Shown: positions 61,763 through 64,000 of the stretch, in pieces
How the letters are laid out: every line of letters starts with the position of its first letter
Numbering within the stretch: position 1 is the stretch's first letter
Assembly (NCBI GenBank): GCA_050692175.1
Contig: JBOGTG010000045.1
Coordinates: forward strand, 66,675-130,674
Direction of reading: 5' to 3'
From: Candidatus Limnocylindria bacterium
Lineage (GTDB): Bacteria > Chloroflexota > Limnocylindria > P2-11E
DNA: 64,000 bases
The notes under the pieces: generated by a model
Database searches by the model: none
Seen by the model: the letters and a program-made list of their open reading frames with translations, nothing else
Told to the model about the DNA's origin: nothing
Translations under genes and position numbers: made by a program

Positions 61763-62251
61763 ATGGGTGGGGGTGGACACGTGGGGCGGCTGGGTAGGTT
61801 CGCGTTCGGCAAGTTCCTCTTCGCAGTCGCGTTCGTCATTTCGACACTCGTCTTGGGTCTCGACGCCGATGCTGGCGTTCAGTGGTGCGAAGAGGATCCG
61901 GTCTTCATCGTCAACGGTGCGCTCGTCGATGTGACGACGGCGTTTCCGGCCGCCTACATATCCACGATCAAAGAGCCGGTCGCCTTCGAGCTGCTCGTTC
62001 CGTCGAACGCCGTCGCCGCGGTCGTGTCACTTCCGGGCGCGGTCCCGATGACCGCGAAGATCAGCAATGTCCTGCCGGCGGACAGTCTCCTGTCCCTCGG
62101 CGTGCCCGTGATCGTCAAGGTGACCGTCAAGGCGTCGCACTCGTTCGAAACGAGAACGAAGATCACCGGGACGTATCTCTGGCTGAGCTCGACGGTCTAT
62201 GGCAAGTCCAACACGACCACACAGGTGCGGTACACGCTCATCGGTCTCTAG
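61763..62251 (+). CDS. hypothetical secreted/membrane-anchored protein
   Basis: N-terminal hydrophobic segment FLFAVAFVISTLVLGL; beta-rich 130-aa body; no family recognised. Confidence 0.4.
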   Translation: MGGGGHVGRLGRFAFGKFLFAVAFVISTLVLGLDADAGVQWCEEDPVFIVNGALVDVTTAFPAAYISTIKEPVAFELLVPSNAVAAVVSLPGAVPMTAKISNVLPADSLLSLGVPVIVKVTVKASHSFETRTKITGTYLWLSSTVYGKSNTTTQVRYTLIGL

Positions 62252-62254
62252 TCC

Positions 62255-63562
62255 GTGTCGCGTCTTCGCTGGCACCTTCGTCTCTTCATCCTCGCGGTCC
62301 TCGGAACGGCGCTCGCGGCCCTCCCCGCGAGCGCCGCCTTCCGAGAGGACCTCCGACCGACGGATACGGTCCTCTTCGCGCTCCTCATGGCAATGGCGGC
62401 CGTCGCACAGCTCTGGCCCGTCCACCTGTCGGTGAAGATGAAGATCACGGTTGACGACACGGCGACCTTCGCGGCAGCTCTCCTTCTCGGTCCGTTCTAC
62501 GCGATCGTCGTGGCAGGTGCGACGACGCTGATCGCGCTGCACTTCCGCGGGGTGCGTAACCGTTGGTACAACCGGGGCTTCAACGCCGCGACGTCGATGC
62601 TGTCGACCGGTGCGGCCGCGACAGCGTTCCTTCTCGTCGCCGGTCCTGGTGCCGAGGTCGTGCGCGAGCCGTGGGCCGTCGCGATCGCGGCAATCGCGAA
62701 GTACCTCGTGCAGAGCGCGCTCGTCGACGTCGTCGTCGCGCTTCAGATGCGGCGCAACCCCCTCACCGGGTGGTGGCGCTTGCATCGACGCCTCTTGCCG
62801 TACGAAACGGCTCTTCTCGTTCTCGGTGCGCTCGCGGCTATCGCCGCGCAGGCGCAGCCGTGGACGCTGCTCCTCTTCGGAGTACCGATGGCCATCGTCC
62901 TGCTGACGCTCCGCGACAGCGCGCGGGTGCGCGAGCAGACGAAGACCGCGATCCTCGAGCTCGCCGACCTCATCGATCTCCGCGACCCGTACACCCACGG
63001 ACACTCGCAGCGTGTCGCCGCCCTCGCGGAGCGACTCGCCAGGCGCCTGCGCCTCGAATACGCGCAGGTCGAGCTCATCCGGGACGCGGCGCGCGTTCAC
63101 GACATCGGCAAGATCGGGACGAACGACCTCGTCCTCCTGAAACCGGGACCGCTCACCGAAGATGAACAGCGTGAGATGCGGCGCCACGCTGAAATCGGCC
63201 ACCGTCTTCTTCGCCGGCTCCCTGAATTCTGGGAAGGAGCCGAGCTCGTGCTCTCGCATCACGAGCGCCACGACGGCGCGGGGTACCCGCGCGGACTCAA
63301 GGGCGACGAGCTCCCGATCGAGGTCTCCGTGATCTCCGTCGCGGACACGTACGACGCGATGACAACGGATCGGCCGTATCGAAAGGGTCTCGCCTGGGAT
63401 GCGGTCCGCGCGGAGCTCGTGCGCCAGCGCGGAAAGCAATGGCGCGAGCGCGCCGTCGATTGCCTCATCGAAATGATCGACGAAGACCGGCGCAACTCTG
63501 GCGTAGAACGATCGCAGCGCTCTCCGGGACCGGTCCAGCCCGCGGCGCACGCGCTAATTTAG
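62255..63562 (+). CDS. membrane-bound HD-GYP phosphodiesterase (c-di-GMP)
   Basis: ~7 TM N-terminal domain; HD...HDIGK...HHERHDGAGYP HD-GYP motifs. Confidence 0.8.
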   Translation: MSRLRWHLRLFILAVLGTALAALPASAAFREDLRPTDTVLFALLMAMAAVAQLWPVHLSVKMKITVDDTATFAAALLLGPFYAIVVAGATTLIALHFRGVRNRWYNRGFNAATSMLSTGAAATAFLLVAGPGAEVVREPWAVAIAAIAKYLVQSALVDVVVALQMRRNPLTGWWRLHRRLLPYETALLVLGALAAIAAQAQPWTLLLFGVPMAIVLLTLRDSARVREQTKTAILELADLIDLRDPYTHGHSQRVAALAERLARRLRLEYAQVELIRDAARVHDIGKIGTNDLVLLKPGPLTEDEQREMRRHAEIGHRLLRRLPEFWEGAELVLSHHERHDGAGYPRGLKGDELPIEVSVISVADTYDAMTTDRPYRKGLAWDAVRAELVRQRGKQWRERAVDCLIEMIDEDRRNSGVERSQRSPGPVQPAAHALI

Positions 63563-63567
63563 GGCGC

Positions 63568-64000
63568 GTGGCTGAGCGGCTGGAGCGCACTTTCAACTGG
63601 GCCCGCGTTGGCGGCGCCGGTCTGATCTTCTTCCTGGGACCGTATTTCCCGAACATCGGTGTTGCGTATCTGGTCGCGCTTGGCGTGTTCGTCCTTGGCT
63701 ATGCGGCGGTCGTGTACTGGATGTTTCAGTCGAAGCCCGAGAGCTTCGAGCGGCTGACGCGTGTGATGTTCGTCCTTGATATCGGCATCGTTTCGTCTGC
63801 GATGCTCGTCTTCTCATCGGATCCGAGCTGGACCACGTGGGTGGTCGGCAGCCTCGTCATCATCGCCGGCGGCTTTCGCTTCGGGACCGCGGGCGCTTTC
63901 GCCGCGGCCGGCGCCACATCCCTCGCCTACGTCGCGATCGCCGCGTACCGCGCGGAGACGTTCGGCCTCATGGCCGAGCCGTGGCGCCTTGCGTTCCACG
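63568..64000 (+). CDS. membrane protein, 5' partial (continues past window end)
   Basis: GTG start 10 nt after HD-GYP stop; 4 hydrophobic helices; no stop before window end. Confidence 0.45.
   Translation, partial: MAERLERTFNWARVGGAGLIFFLGPYFPNIGVAYLVALGVFVLGYAAVVYWMFQSKPESFERLTRVMFVLDIGIVSSAMLVFSSDPSWTTWVVGSLVIIAGGFRFGTAGAFAAAGATSLAYVAIAAYRAETFGLMAEPWRLAFH

Overview
This is a high-GC (about 70%) chromosomal segment of actinobacterial type. Nearly all coding lies on one strand per locus, and the long Arg/Pro-rich ORFs on the opposite strand are antisense shadows. I see no CRISPR arrays, transposases or integrases. Gene content from start to end:
- a split chromate-transporter pair (chrA halves);
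- a secreted GHL10-type glycosyl-hydrolase-like protein;
- two tandem Crp/Fnr regulators and a PlsC acyltransferase;
- a same-strand DNA-repair array: radical-SAM SplB-like gene, three small uncharacterised proteins, and LigD split into separate 3'-phosphoesterase, ligase and polymerase ORFs, preceded by a GAAC-N4-GTTC SOS-box-like palindrome;
- a trypsin-like protease followed by MoxR-DUF58-VWA;
- an alpha-galactosidase + galK operon, a PIG-L deacetylase and a Bcp peroxiredoxin;
- a secreted HExxH protein sharing a novel domain with the GHL10 protein;
- tRNA-Gly(CCC) next to two tandem phage-type HNH genes, and a TfoX-N gene with an in-frame TAG at codon 3;
- a Ser/Thr kinase with a polytopic tail;
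- glgA translationally coupled to a GalT-like HIT-family gene;
- an M23 peptidase;
- the pyrimidine operon pyrR-pyrB-pyrC-carA-[PhzF]-carB-[VOC]-pyrK-pyrD, with a PyrR-binding-loop motif in the leader;
- two tandem atypical OmpR-type regulators;
- a large purine-catabolism locus (uricase, OHCU decarboxylase, HIU hydrolase, allantoinase, allantoate amidohydrolase, guanine-deaminase-like amidohydrolase, three-subunit xanthine dehydrogenase, adenosine deaminase), interrupted by a six-GAF histidine kinase / REC / REC-GAF-cyclase module;
- a methyltransferase-membrane-domain fusion and a membrane HD-GYP protein.

Coordinates follow the supplied ORF track. Minus-strand coordinates may differ by 1 nt from my manual indexing, and start codons are approximate (+/- a few codons).
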